From IMG/VR virus record IMGVR_UViG_3300033143_001962, positions 62,001 to 126,000 of that record: 64,000 bases of DNA, one strand, 5' to 3'. The notes under the pieces are model-generated. The model was not told where the DNA came from. It saw only the letters and a list, made by a program, of their open reading frames with translations, and ran no database searches. Below, piece by piece: positions 46,987 through 56,672 of the stretch (the stretch's first letter is position 1; each line of letters opens with the position of its first letter). The translations under genes and the position numbers were made by a program.

Positions 46987-47152
46987 ATTATAGCAGGTCT
47001 GTTCAAAAGGTCAACCTTTTATTTCAGTTAATGGCAATTAGATACAATACGCAGGTACTTGAAAAGTTACAACACCTTATTTTTGTAAGTCGTTGTTTTA
47101 TATAGAGTTCTTATTTTGTAGGGTTATATTGTGGTTGTGTAAGTCATTGATT
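46987..47152 (-). promoter_or_regulatory. Sigma70-type promoter and an AT-rich region with clustered IHF-like sites
   Basis: TTGACC-16-TATAAT (TG-extended); exact site TAAGTCATTGATT at 47140-47152, degenerate TAAGTCGTTGTTT at 47086-47098. Confidence 0.7.
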
Positions 47153-47442
47153 TACTTACGCTTATTAGGGTTACGTTTGTTAGTCATTCTATTTGAATCT
47201 TTGTAGTTCCGGGGCTTATTGCGCATGTACTTGGCAAATTTCTGCATTGCTTCGTGTTCCATTATTAAGTGTACTGAATGATACCAGTTAGCGAGTTCGA
47301 CATTAGTAAAGATGCTATGTATCTTAGAGTGGCAGACACCGTGTAAAGTTACAGTCTCTGAACCTTTCTTAGACTTAGGGATAAGGTGATGCTCCGTCAT
47401 TGTATCATCACTCTCCCTATTACATATTGGACATTTATACAT
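47152..47442 (-). CDS. Small HNH-family nuclease
   Basis: CPIC...TEHHLIP...LH..CH..IH. Confidence 0.75.
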   Translation of the reverse strand: MYKCPICNRESDDTMTEHHLIPKSKKGSETVTLHGVCHSKIHSIFTNVELANWYHSVHLIMEHEAMQKFAKYMRNKPRNYKDSNRMTNKRNPNKRK

Positions 47443-47638
47443 TTTCGTCTACAGTTGTTTCGTACGTATGAAATTCATAATCGAGTGGTTCGCCATCTTC
47501 ATCCACCGCTATTTTCAGAACTGCAATACGCGCAGCACGTAGTTCTTCTGTACTAAACACTTCGCACGGAGTATAAAATGTATTCCATTCTTCACGCGCA
47601 CCAGTGTCTTGATCGTAGTTTAATATGTAAACTTTCAT

Positions 47639-48163
47639 TTAAGCCTCTTCGTGTCTGTTGTAGTACTTGCCAGTTTCGATATTAAGAATTTTGTTATCGA
47701 TAGGATCCTTCAAGTAATTAAAATAACTTGTAGATTTCTTGTACTTGCTAAAAGTCTTGATAAACTTCTTAGCATCGTTCCTACGTTGGAACCACAAAGT
47801 TAATTGATGGCCCTGAACAATTCTGTACTGCTCGGTACCCATTGCCCACCCTTGCTCTTTACCTTGCGGCTTAATGTTATCACTTAACCACTGCAAGACT
47901 TCATCCTTTAAAAATGGACAATCTTTAGTAGCCATCTCCTCAACTGGATAGTCTATGTCGGGGTATTTTTCCTTCATCTTTCCCAAAACGGATTTTTGAA
48001 TTTCTAGATCTTCTAAGGACACAACACGTTTGATATCTATTAGACTATCCCAATCATCGGAGTCATTTTCGCGTTTGTTAATCTCTACCATGTTGCCGGC
48101 ATCGTAAAAATCGTTACTGTGCTCAGCCTGTGTACAAAAACAATGGTTAATATGATGATGCAT
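47639..48163 (-). CDS. Hypothetical protein
   Basis: 174-aa ORF with GAGG SD. Confidence 0.7.
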   Translation of the reverse strand: MHHHINHCFCTQAEHSNDFYDAGNMVEINKRENDSDDWDSLIDIKRVVSLEDLEIQKSVLGKMKEKYPDIDYPVEEMATKDCPFLKDEVLQWLSDNIKPQGKEQGWAMGTEQYRIVQGHQLTLWFQRRNDAKKFIKTFSKYKKSTSYFNYLKDPIDNKILNIETGKYYNRHEEA

Positions 48164-48371
48164 AATTACCTCTTAGAGTTAATATCCAAATGGTTTATTC
48201 TCCCATTTAAATACTTCTGTTAATGTTTTTAGATCTACAACCTTATCGTAGTCAGCTTTCGCATCTTCGTACTCGTCATAAGATTGTGTATCTACCTCTT
48301 CGGACAAAGCCCAGGTACCATCTTCGTCTAAGTAGATGTATAACTCGACTTCGTCCTCGATAGTTTTATTT

Positions 48372-49808
48372 TCAGATAGCTGCATTTTCTCTTACTTCAT
48401 CAAATGTGTATTCTTTAGTAACTGTACCATTAAAGAATACTGTTTTAAGTTGAACTTCTTGGTCACCGACGTGCTCTAAACGAACAGTTCTGTAATTGCC
48501 GAAGTCGTCTTTAACTAATGTTAACCGTCCTTTCTTAGATACTTTACCAGGATCAGTCTTTGGATCTTTAAACACATCAATCCATTTGTCATCTACGAAC
48601 GCTGCACTTGCCTTCATCGCAAACTTCTGTGTGTCACGATCTAGTTGCTGCAACATGCCACCACCCATACCGTATGCTACGTTATCTGCACTAAACCCAG
48701 CATCTTCGACAGCGGTAATGATTTCTTTAATGCTGTCGTATGTAATGCCATCACCTTGTATTACACGAATGCAATCAGGAAGCACTTTGTATCCAGTGTC
48801 AGTTTCGGTAGTACCGAACTTGTCAGCTAAAATGTTTAAAACATCTACGACTACTGTAGCAGGATCACCACTGTCTGGACGTATAACAATAGTTGCACCA
48901 CTGTCGATAACTTCCTGCTTAAGCTCGCCACCCCAGAAGTTTTCCGCTGCGTTCATCATATCGTAACTATCTGATACTACTGCAACCGTTGCGCCAGGCT
49001 TAGCAAACTGCTTCAACATGTTACGCATAGCATCTATCTCACCTTCGCGTCCGCCCCAACTTGTCATTGTACTGTGTTCACTTGCTGGAATACTAAACCC
49101 AGGCATCTTGTCTTCGAAGTATTCATCACCCATAGTTAACCATTTAGCTAGTGGTTCAGCGTTGTAGTACTCCATAGCAGTTAACGCACCAGTTATGGTA
49201 TCAGTTACCATAAAGTTAACTAAGTGAGCAGCACCGCCGATACCAGCACTCTCCATGCTACTAACGCCTCGCGCTCCGAAGTCAACTAACTTGAACGGTA
49301 ACGTATTCATGTCGCCACCTGTCTTCATCAAACTAGCTGCAAGTAATTTCTTAATAGCACGAGAGTTAGTTGCGACGGTTGTTCCGTACCATACAGCACG
49401 TAACAATGCAGTTTCAACGTAACTTGTTAACCAAAAGAACTCTGGGTCAGTGTTTATAATTGTAAACAATGCATTACCTGTTGGAACAGTTGTTCCTTCT
49501 GCTACTGCTTTGATTTCAAGTGGTAAGAATCCATCACACTTAGTAACAACACGCATCCAGCCATCGTAGTTGAATGGTGTACCGTGCGCTGCCGCAAAGT
49601 CTCTGCCCATCTCAACTTCTAATTCTGTTACTTGTTTTGATAGTACATTCTTTAAGAATATTTGTAAGCCAAACATTGTAGTGTCTGGAAACTTGCCACC
49701 TCTTGATTCACCGTATGATGCGATGTAAGATGTGTTTGGTGGGTATTGTAAAAATTGCCCAAGCTTATAGCTGTCTGTGTTTAGTACTATTGATTTTAAT
49801 ATATTCAT
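48372..49808 (-). CDS. nadV: Nicotinamide phosphoribosyltransferase (NAMPT)
   Basis: LNTDSYK, LVDFGARG, ASEHS, VSDSYD, IRPDSGDP, IQGDG, GMGGG, AMK. Confidence 0.96.
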   Translation of the reverse strand: MNILKSIVLNTDSYKLGQFLQYPPNTSYIASYGESRGGKFPDTTMFGLQIFLKNVLSKQVTELEVEMGRDFAAAHGTPFNYDGWMRVVTKCDGFLPLEIKAVAEGTTVPTGNALFTIINTDPEFFWLTSYVETALLRAVWYGTTVATNSRAIKKLLAASLMKTGGDMNTLPFKLVDFGARGVSSMESAGIGGAAHLVNFMVTDTITGALTAMEYYNAEPLAKWLTMGDEYFEDKMPGFSIPASEHSTMTSWGGREGEIDAMRNMLKQFAKPGATVAVVSDSYDMMNAAENFWGGELKQEVIDSGATIVIRPDSGDPATVVVDVLNILADKFGTTETDTGYKVLPDCIRVIQGDGITYDSIKEIITAVEDAGFSADNVAYGMGGGMLQQLDRDTQKFAMKASAAFVDDKWIDVFKDPKTDPGKVSKKGRLTLVKDDFGNYRTVRLEHVGDQEVQLKTVFFNGTVTKEYTFDEVRENAAI

Positions 49809-50045
49809 AATAAAACTCCTTTATTATATGTGACGTGTTTCCACGTTATGGTCTGTTAAATTGATCTAACATTTCTTGTCTATCTTCTTCGATTGTTTTT
49901 TCGTATTCTACTATCATGCGCTCACCTAAAATAATACTAGGATGAGAATGTTCGCAACACCGTTGCCCGTTAAATCTTTCACCGCGTAACTGAACAATGC
50001 CACAGTTCTTGCACTTTACTTCTGTAACCATTCGTGTTGTTCTAA

Positions 50046-50399
50046 TCATTTTACTACCTTTAATTCAGTGACCGCGCGATTTACTTCTTCTTCTCCACGC
50101 ACCTCTCTGCCATCGTTAAAAATAATATATGCACGATTTGATTCCAGGCCATGCCCGCAACACGCAACTCTCACGTCTGGCAAGTTTGCAATGCATGGAT
50201 CGTGTCCTTCACTTGTCTTAACTCCGTTGCACTTAGGACATTTTCTATCTGCTGCATCTTCCTCGATTGGTTTATCATTGTCTGCATAACGCCACACTGC
50301 AAAATGCTCATTGCCATTTTCAGAAATAGTGTATTCGTCGTCTCGGAGATATATCTCGTGTCCGAACAAATCAGTTATGCTTTTCCAATTCTCTACCAT
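50046..50399 (-). CDS. Cys-rich hypothetical protein
   Basis: CPKC...GHDPCI..LP.V..ACCGHG. Confidence 0.7.
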   Translation of the reverse strand: MVENWKSITDLFGHEIYLRDDEYTISENGNEHFAVWRYADNDKPIEEDAADRKCPKCNGVKTSEGHDPCIANLPDVRVACCGHGLESNRAYIIFNDGREVRGEEEVNRAVTELKVVK

Positions 50400-50405
50400 A
50401 CTATC

Positions 50406-51305
50406 CTACTTAAAGTTTAACATACGTTCAATTGGAGCTCTCGCCATTACAATCTCATCGTATTTTAAATAATCTATTGCAGTACCACCAGTACCGTCAA
50501 TAGCCGCTTGCACTGCTTCTACAGTATTAAGCTTCATATACGGACAAGTCGCGCACATGCAACCTTTGTAACCTGGCACTAATCTAAAATCTAATTCAGG
50601 TCGTAGCTTTCGCATATCGTTAAGTAACCCTTCTTCAGTTGCTACCCAAATAGTACCAACTTTATTCGGAAAGTTCTTAACCCATTCTAACATCTTACTT
50701 GTACTACCAACAAAGGCAGCTTTATCTAAAATGTCAATTGGACTTTCTGGATGAGCAATAACGTACTTACTACCGTCTGTCCATCCTGCCATATCTTTTT
50801 CAAGTGCTTCTAAATTAAACTGATCGTGTACTTCGCATACAGATGTAAACACGTTCATATCGTACCCGAACTCAGCGTTGATGTACGCGCCCATATTAGC
50901 GTCAGGACTGAATATAACATCATTGCCTGCATCAATCTCTGCTTCTATTATAGCATTAACGTTGGCAGAAGTCACTATAACATCTGCCAAAGCTTTCATT
51001 TCGACTGAGCTGTTAATGTACATAACGTGAGTTGCCCCGGGATTAATAATTTTGAAATTACGTAACCCTACGATATCAGTTTGGGTGACTAATGAACACG
51101 TTGCATTAATGTCAGGAATAATAACTTCGGTGTCCGGAAGCATAACCTTAGCAGTTTCTGCCATGAACTTAACACCAGCAAATACTAAACGTTTAGGATT
51201 GACCTTTTGCGCTTCTTGTATTAAGCCTAAGCTATCACCAACGTAGTCAGCCATTTCTTTAACTTCTTCAGGTGCGTAATAGTGTGCTACTGTCATAGTT
51301 TCCAT
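50406..51305 (-). CDS. nadA: Quinolinate synthase A
   Basis: AHYY, GDSL, GV.FMAETAK, three Fe-S Cys (ATCSL, VCEVH, CPYMK), YINSS, AHPE, GSTS. Confidence 0.9.
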   Translation of the reverse strand: METMTVAHYYAPEEVKEMADYVGDSLGLIQEAQKVNPKRLVFAGVKFMAETAKVMLPDTEVIIPDINATCSLVTQTDIVGLRNFKIINPGATHVMYINSSVEMKALADVIVTSANVNAIIEAEIDAGNDVIFSPDANMGAYINAEFGYDMNVFTSVCEVHDQFNLEALEKDMAGWTDGSKYVIAHPESPIDILDKAAFVGSTSKMLEWVKNFPNKVGTIWVATEEGLLNDMRKLRPELDFRLVPGYKGCMCATCPYMKLNTVEAVQAAIDGTGGTAIDYLKYDEIVMARAPIERMLNFK

Positions 51306-51306
51306 A

Positions 51307-51998
51307 TTAAGCCTCCTTAATAGTTTCGAATAAGTTCATTGCTTGTACTTTTTTCATAGCACCTTCAATGTTCTTAATAACACCTTCTAAGTCATGTTTA
51401 ATAACTTGAAGCTGGTCTTTGTCTAAGTTGCGAACATACTGACTAATAGTAGCAGTATCATCGATACTAATGTTATCATCAATCTCTGGCAGACGATTTC
51501 TAAAATTTATATCATGCGCACCGCGGAACCCCATAATCTGCGCTACTTCATTATTTGATACTTCCATAATGTAGCCGTCGTTTGTGCCTGCTATAATTTT
51601 CATAAGTCACCTCCAATGAAAGCGAACTCTTGTTTGTAGTTTGTTTCATCACGCTTGTCAACTTTGTTCTCTGAACTTATCTTGTGCAATGTGCGTATGT
51701 CGTAGTGCGGACGGTAAATTGCTTGTCCTTCCCAGAAGAACTGTTCTCGCGCTTCATGTTCGACAGCCGCAAGCATTGCTTTATAAGCGGTGCTAACAAC
51801 CTCTTCTTCGCACATGTAATAACTCAACATCCACTTGCGGCACTTTTGCAATTCTAATGTCTCGTCATCTGTGAAACTACCTTTAGCCATAAACGTAATT
51901 TGTAAGTAAGGAACGCCTTTGTTTTCTTTAATGTTAAACTTCCAGTCGTTAAATTTAACTGCACTTATTAGTCTTTTAATTGATTCTAATGTTTGCAT
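51307..51998 (-). other. Two hypothetical ORFs (51307..51603, 51600..51998) inside the NAD operon
   Basis: Coupled ORFs between nadM and nadA. Confidence 0.7.
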
Positions 51999-52000
51999 GA

Positions 52001-53083
52001 TTAAGCCCTCCCTAACATGTTCTTAATAATTGAAAAGTGATCTTCGAACATTACACCTTGCATTTTTTCAAACTCTGCAAGTGGAACCCACTTAGCTACG
52101 GCTGCATCATCACTGCCTTTAACTTTTGGCAAATCTTGTGCATCGTCTAGTTTGAAGTAGTAAACGAATGTAAGGGTTCTACCACGTAAAGAACGATTAG
52201 GTTCATCAAAAACTTCCTTAGCTACAATGGAACCACGTAGTACTTTTTCAGCAACCTTTAATTTAGTTTCTTCTCGTAACTCACGTATAACACCGTCCTG
52301 TACCATCTCGTTAGTTTCTAAGAAGCCACCGGGCATAGCCCATAAATCCTTACCTGGCATCTGTCCACGTTGTATTAATAAGACGTGTCCGCTTTGCTCA
52401 ACTACTGCGTCAACAGTAACAAAGTTTACATCGTATGGTGCTACTGCCCAGTCTTTCTTCTTTTGGATTTCATCTTCCCACTCGCATTGCAATTCAAAGA
52501 ACGTTGGAGTTTTGATAAACTTACGTACTTGATTACCGTATGCTTGACCTGGGATAACATTGTCTGTGAATGATGCTTGATTGCTAAACATTAATTGTCT
52601 AATAGCTGTAGAATCAATTTGATCATCTTTAGCAGGGTACGCTTGCATTTCAATGAAGTCGTACTGTTTGAAGTAGTTAAGGTAATAACTACTCTTGTCT
52701 TTATCGTGTCCGATGAACGCAACTTTTACTTCACCGTCACTGCCACGCTTATCGTAGAATTTTTTACTCGCCCATACTTCTTGCTTAACTTCTTCTACCT
52801 TCTCGCCTACTTGCTTAATCCATTCATTATCATTATAAGATATGTCATTGATATCAGCGACGTTAAGATTTAAGATTTGGGCATTGGCCATAATGGCTTC
52901 TTTGCGTTCTTGGTATGTCCATGGGTTTTTTGTAGTGCGTGGTCCGTTTGCTGAACCAATTAGTACTAACACGTTGTCAGCCAAGTAATCTGCTTTCTTA
53001 AGCGTTTCTTGGTGACCTATGTGGAAAGGTTGAAACCGTCCTATATAGACGATCAGATCATATTTCTTTTGTTCTGTATTCAT
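52001..53083 (-). CDS. nadM: Bifunctional NMN adenylyltransferase / Nudix ADP-ribose pyrophosphatase
   Basis: GRFQPFHIGH (HxGH), IGSA, NPW, DSTAIR; Nudix GGF....E.....RELREET. Start moved to ATG 53083 after GGGAG. Confidence 0.95.
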   Translation of the reverse strand: MNTEQKKYDLIVYIGRFQPFHIGHQETLKKADYLADNVLVLIGSANGPRTTKNPWTYQERKEAIMANAQILNLNVADINDISYNDNEWIKQVGEKVEEVKQEVWASKKFYDKRGSDGEVKVAFIGHDKDKSSYYLNYFKQYDFIEMQAYPAKDDQIDSTAIRQLMFSNQASFTDNVIPGQAYGNQVRKFIKTPTFFELQCEWEDEIQKKKDWAVAPYDVNFVTVDAVVEQSGHVLLIQRGQMPGKDLWAMPGGFLETNEMVQDGVIRELREETKLKVAEKVLRGSIVAKEVFDEPNRSLRGRTLTFVYYFKLDDAQDLPKVKGSDDAAVAKWVPLAEFEKMQGVMFEDHFSIIKNMLGRA

Positions 53084-53240
53084 GATAGACTCCCTATTCA
53101 TGTTATAAATTTGTACAGTAGCTAGTTTCTCGCAGCCTTGTAGTGGTTTAGTATCTATAGTATACTAGCAAACCCTATAGGTCTCTCACCTATCGTAACG
53201 CTTTGAGCGCATCCTCTGCCGATCCTTACTGTTTACTTGC
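53081..53240 (-). ncRNA. Candidate structured 5' leader of the NAD operon
   Basis: About 155-nt untranslated leader with nested stems (see findings). Confidence 0.45.
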
Positions 53241-53245
53241 TGCTA

Positions 53246-53274
53246 ATTATAGCAGTGTACAGCTATTTAGTCAA
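53246..53274 (-). promoter_or_regulatory. Sigma70-type promoter for the NAD operon
   Basis: TTGACT-17-TATAAT with TG extension. Confidence 0.8.
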
Positions 53275-53293
53275 GAACTATTTTTACTAATTA

Positions 53294-53848
53294 TTACCGA
53301 TGCCATTCTGCATACAGCCGCACATAATCATGGTCTGCATTCAAATTGAACTCTTCTGCCTCTGCACTTTGGGTGAATCCATGCTTATCTGCAAATTCTT
53401 GTAACTTTTCAAAAGTCCAAGGAAAGCAAGTTAAGTATTCTTCTTCATCGTCTGCTTTTGGTGGGATATATGGCATTAATCTCCAATATATTCGCCCCGT
53501 AGGTTTGAGACATTCTACGACTTTTGCAACTTGGGTACTAATTATTTCTTCAGTACCGAAGTTAACAGACCCTAGGCAAAAAGCAACATCAAAGAGGTGT
53601 GGTGGCACAAAATCTTCAATAGTAGAATGCACGTCGGCATGCTCATTTCCAGGATCTACCCCAATGCAGTTAGGTAGAATTTTACTAAATGGATTTGTGG
53701 CACAACCAACATCGAGCACTAATTCACCTTCTTTGATGTTATCGGCTAATTGTCTACCCGATATCTCAAATCCTGCGGTAAACTCAGTATCGCGTGTTTG
53801 CCACTTTTTCAAGTACCATTGATTCATTTTATCTTGGTTATGCCCCAT
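53294..53848 (-). CDS. Class I SAM-dependent methyltransferase-like protein
   Basis: VLDVGC, GVD, FDVAFCLGS, LKPTGRI. Confidence 0.7.
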   Translation of the reverse strand: MGHNQDKMNQWYLKKWQTRDTEFTAGFEISGRQLADNIKEGELVLDVGCATNPFSKILPNCIGVDPGNEHADVHSTIEDFVPPHLFDVAFCLGSVNFGTEEIISTQVAKVVECLKPTGRIYWRLMPYIPPKADDEEEYLTCFPWTFEKLQEFADKHGFTQSAEAEEFNLNADHDYVRLYAEWHR

Positions 53849-54117
53849 TACCGCTTCACTGAATTGTTCTTAGGATAACACGCTACACCACCTTTCCGCT
53901 CAGCAGCAACAAAAACACATGTAATGTTCTTGTTATCTTTTGGTGTCCACTCATATACACGCGGGCTGTACCCACTAGTGTCTAATTTGTATTCATGTGT
54001 AGGTTTGACATTCTCTTTGCTCATTCCTGCGATAGTATCCCAGCCAAGTGCGTCCGCTTTTTGACAACACCCAACAACGATGAATAGTGCTAATGCACTT
54101 AATAATATTTTTTTCAT
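53848..54117 (-). CDS. Small exported/lipoprotein-like protein
   Basis: MKKILLSALALFIVVGC signal/lipobox. Confidence 0.6.
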   Translation of the reverse strand: MKKILLSALALFIVVGCCQKADALGWDTIAGMSKENVKPTHEYKLDTSGYSPRVYEWTPKDNKNITCVFVAAERKGGVACYPKNNSVKR

Positions 54118-55267
54118 TAATCTTCTCCTTTGTTAAAATTTACAGATACTACGTTGCCATCTTGCCCTGTAACCTTATCTTCCTCATCTTCTGACCAACT
54201 TTGCCTAACAATTTGATCTAATAGGTTTACTAATTCTATACAATCCGGTGATCGCTTGAACCAATCTTCTCTGTCTTCTAGTTCGATGCGGCGCATGTTA
54301 AATACTTTTCTACGCTTCCACCACTGCTTAAAATGTACAGTAACACGATCGTACATAATACTATTTCTATTAAATGTATCAGTTGTGTAATATCTAATTT
54401 GCTCGCACATTTCTTTTGGTAAAATCATTTAAACCAACCTTGAAATTTAGCGTACATAGCGACGGATGCCACAATCCCAATTGCAAAGCTCACATCTGTA
54501 TCGTCTGTGAAAAATGAGGTTAATAACATTGCTGCATACCCTAGCAGAAAACTTAACATAATTTGTTTAAAGAATACCATTAGTTTCGTGCCTCTTGATC
54601 TGCTAATAATCTTGCTCGTAAATTCCCATCTACATCTTCTCTGAACCCGTACGGCCCTTTACCGGGTAAGTGGTCGTCAATGAACAAAGGCAAGTCTTTA
54701 ATTGTTTTACCTTCAGTCCACATTTGCACACGCATTAAATCAGTAATGCCTTCTTCGATTCCTGTTTCACCAGTATAGCGATTTTTAAGTACATTGAATT
54801 CTTTGTACGTTTCATCAGTTTTAATAACCATATTAAAATGCGACATAGCCCAGTGGGATAATCCTTCGTGTTCTGTTCTGTACCATTGTTTGTCGTATTC
54901 TATTAGTAACATTTAAAACTTGCCACCGCCTAGTAACTTGTCAACAGCACCAGTTTCAGCCCGCATATCTTTTGCGCACCAAGCCGCATTAATGTTGACA
55001 TTGGGATCAGTTTCATAAAATGAAAATACTTTCATATCTAACTCACCAAATCGGTTACGCTGTATTAACCAACGCTCAACATCACCTTCGACCATTGGAT
55101 CTAAGTTTTCAACGGCTGCAAAATCAAAATCGTTAGTCGCTTTTAATTTAATAAAAGTCTTAACCTCGGCAGTTGTGCCTTCCATATTGAATTCGGTACG
55201 ACCGTTTGTTTTAGTACTGAAAATAATTTTGAAATTCATGGCTAACTCTTAGATAGTTTACTACTAG

Positions 55268-55291
55268 GAAAGCCCCAACTAAGGGGCTTTC
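55268..55291 (-). terminator. Terminator-like hairpin after the SPFH gene
   Basis: GAAAGCCCC-N6-GGGGCTTTC perfect 9-bp stem. Confidence 0.7.
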
Positions 55292-55315
55292 TCATTTCTA
55301 TGTAGTTAACGCTGT

Positions 55316-56374
55316 TTAGTTAGCGGTAAGGTCCATAATCATGTTAGCACTTTCTGGCATGATGTTAGCAGGTTGCTTACCATTCCAACGTTCAGCTGCA
55401 ATGATCTTAGCCTTAGACTCGTTCAACTTAGCTTCAGCAAGCATTTCTTCAATCTTAATACCAACTTGCTTCTTACGTGCTTGAGCTGCTTTAGCAAACT
55501 CTAACGCCGCTGTTTTATCAGCAGTTGCGATCGCAATGTTGTTCTTGTTGGTTTCTTCTTGGGCTAAACGAACGTTCCGCTTATTTTTGATTTCTAAGTT
55601 AGAGTTAAAGTTCTTGTTAATAGAATCTTGAATCTCTTGATCATCATATGATAAGCCACCAATCAAACCAAACGTACTAATAGTTACACCTGTTTGTGCA
55701 AAGAATTCTTTCAACTCTGAACTTGCTTGTTCAACAATTTCACCTTTGCGTTGGCGAGCACCATCAACCGCTTTAGTAATAAGTTTACCTTGCTTACTAC
55801 GAACTGCTTGAGCACCTTCTAAGTCATGCTTTGCAAATTCACGCGACAAGATCTCAGTTGATTTAGACTTTACAATCTTACCAAGTACCTTTTCTAAATC
55901 GCCCGATGGGTAGTAGTACAAGAACTTAGCAGTATCTTTTTCAGTAATGAATGCTGAGATATTAATACCTACGTTGAAGCCAATTGAATCACGCGATTCT
56001 ACAGCAACACCTTCACTACCACGTCCGATACCTTTCTGTCCGCGTCGACCTTCCCATACGAATGTAACAGGAGCTCTATCTACGCGGATAACTTTGACGC
56101 CATCTAACCATTTGTAATCATACCACATACGACCAGTTGAGATCTTAATCTGTGGCTTATAGATACGCTTTGCTGCTACTTTCTTTTCTTGTAAGAAACC
56201 AATTGAGTCAAACTTCGCCTGGCCCTTCTGACTTGCACCTTCCAATGGAATTACAAATGCAGTTTCATTTGGTTTAATTTCTTCAGTCTTATCGACTTGC
56301 GCCGGACCCATACAACCTGTCATCAATGCTACTGATGCTGCGATTGCAATTAGTTTTGTTGTTGATTTATACAA
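55316..56374 (-). CDS. SPFH/band-7 family lipoprotein
   Basis: Lipobox LMTGC; VESRDSIGF.V, GVTI..FG, Ala/Glu/Lys coiled coil, W.G..P tail. Confidence 0.75.
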   Translation of the reverse strand: MYKSTTKLIAIAASVALMTGCMGPAQVDKTEEIKPNETAFVIPLEGASQKGQAKFDSIGFLQEKKVAAKRIYKPQIKISTGRMWYDYKWLDGVKVIRVDRAPVTFVWEGRRGQKGIGRGSEGVAVESRDSIGFNVGINISAFITEKDTAKFLYYYPSGDLEKVLGKIVKSKSTEILSREFAKHDLEGAQAVRSKQGKLITKAVDGARQRKGEIVEQASSELKEFFAQTGVTISTFGLIGGLSYDDQEIQDSINKNFNSNLEIKNKRNVRLAQEETNKNNIAIATADKTAALEFAKAAQARKKQVGIKIEEMLAEAKLNESKAKIIAAERWNGKQPANIMPESANMIMDLTAN

Positions 56375-56375
56375 T

Positions 56376-56660
56376 TTACTTCTCCGTTTCGTTAGTGTTG
56401 AAAATCATGTTATACAAAGTATACACGAAAAGAATAACCATTGCAACCATAATCCAGCTCGGAACTGAACTAGTTGCCATACCCTTTCCTAATGCATACG
56501 CCGCATCGCTGTCTTGTAACTGCAATGCTCCTGCTGTTGATGCTTTGTTTACTGGTAGAAATAGCGTGTAATAAAACATATAGCTAATACTAACCGCCAA
56601 GCTAATAGTGTAAGTCACACCATTGCGCAACTTGGTCAATGCCTTTGTAACTTTACTCAT
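56376..56660 (-). CDS. Two-TM membrane protein, SPFH partner
   Basis: Two hydrophobic segments; directly upstream of SPFH. Confidence 0.7.
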   Translation of the reverse strand: MSKVTKALTKLRNGVTYTISLAVSISYMFYYTLFLPVNKASTAGALQLQDSDAAYALGKGMATSSVPSWIMVAMVILFVYTLYNMIFNTNETEK

Positions 56661-56672
56661 ATACCCTCCGGG

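Noticed and set aside
47152-47442. HNH gene as a mobile homing endonuclease
   Set aside because: It is only 96 aa, has no DNA-binding extension and interrupts no gene or intron.
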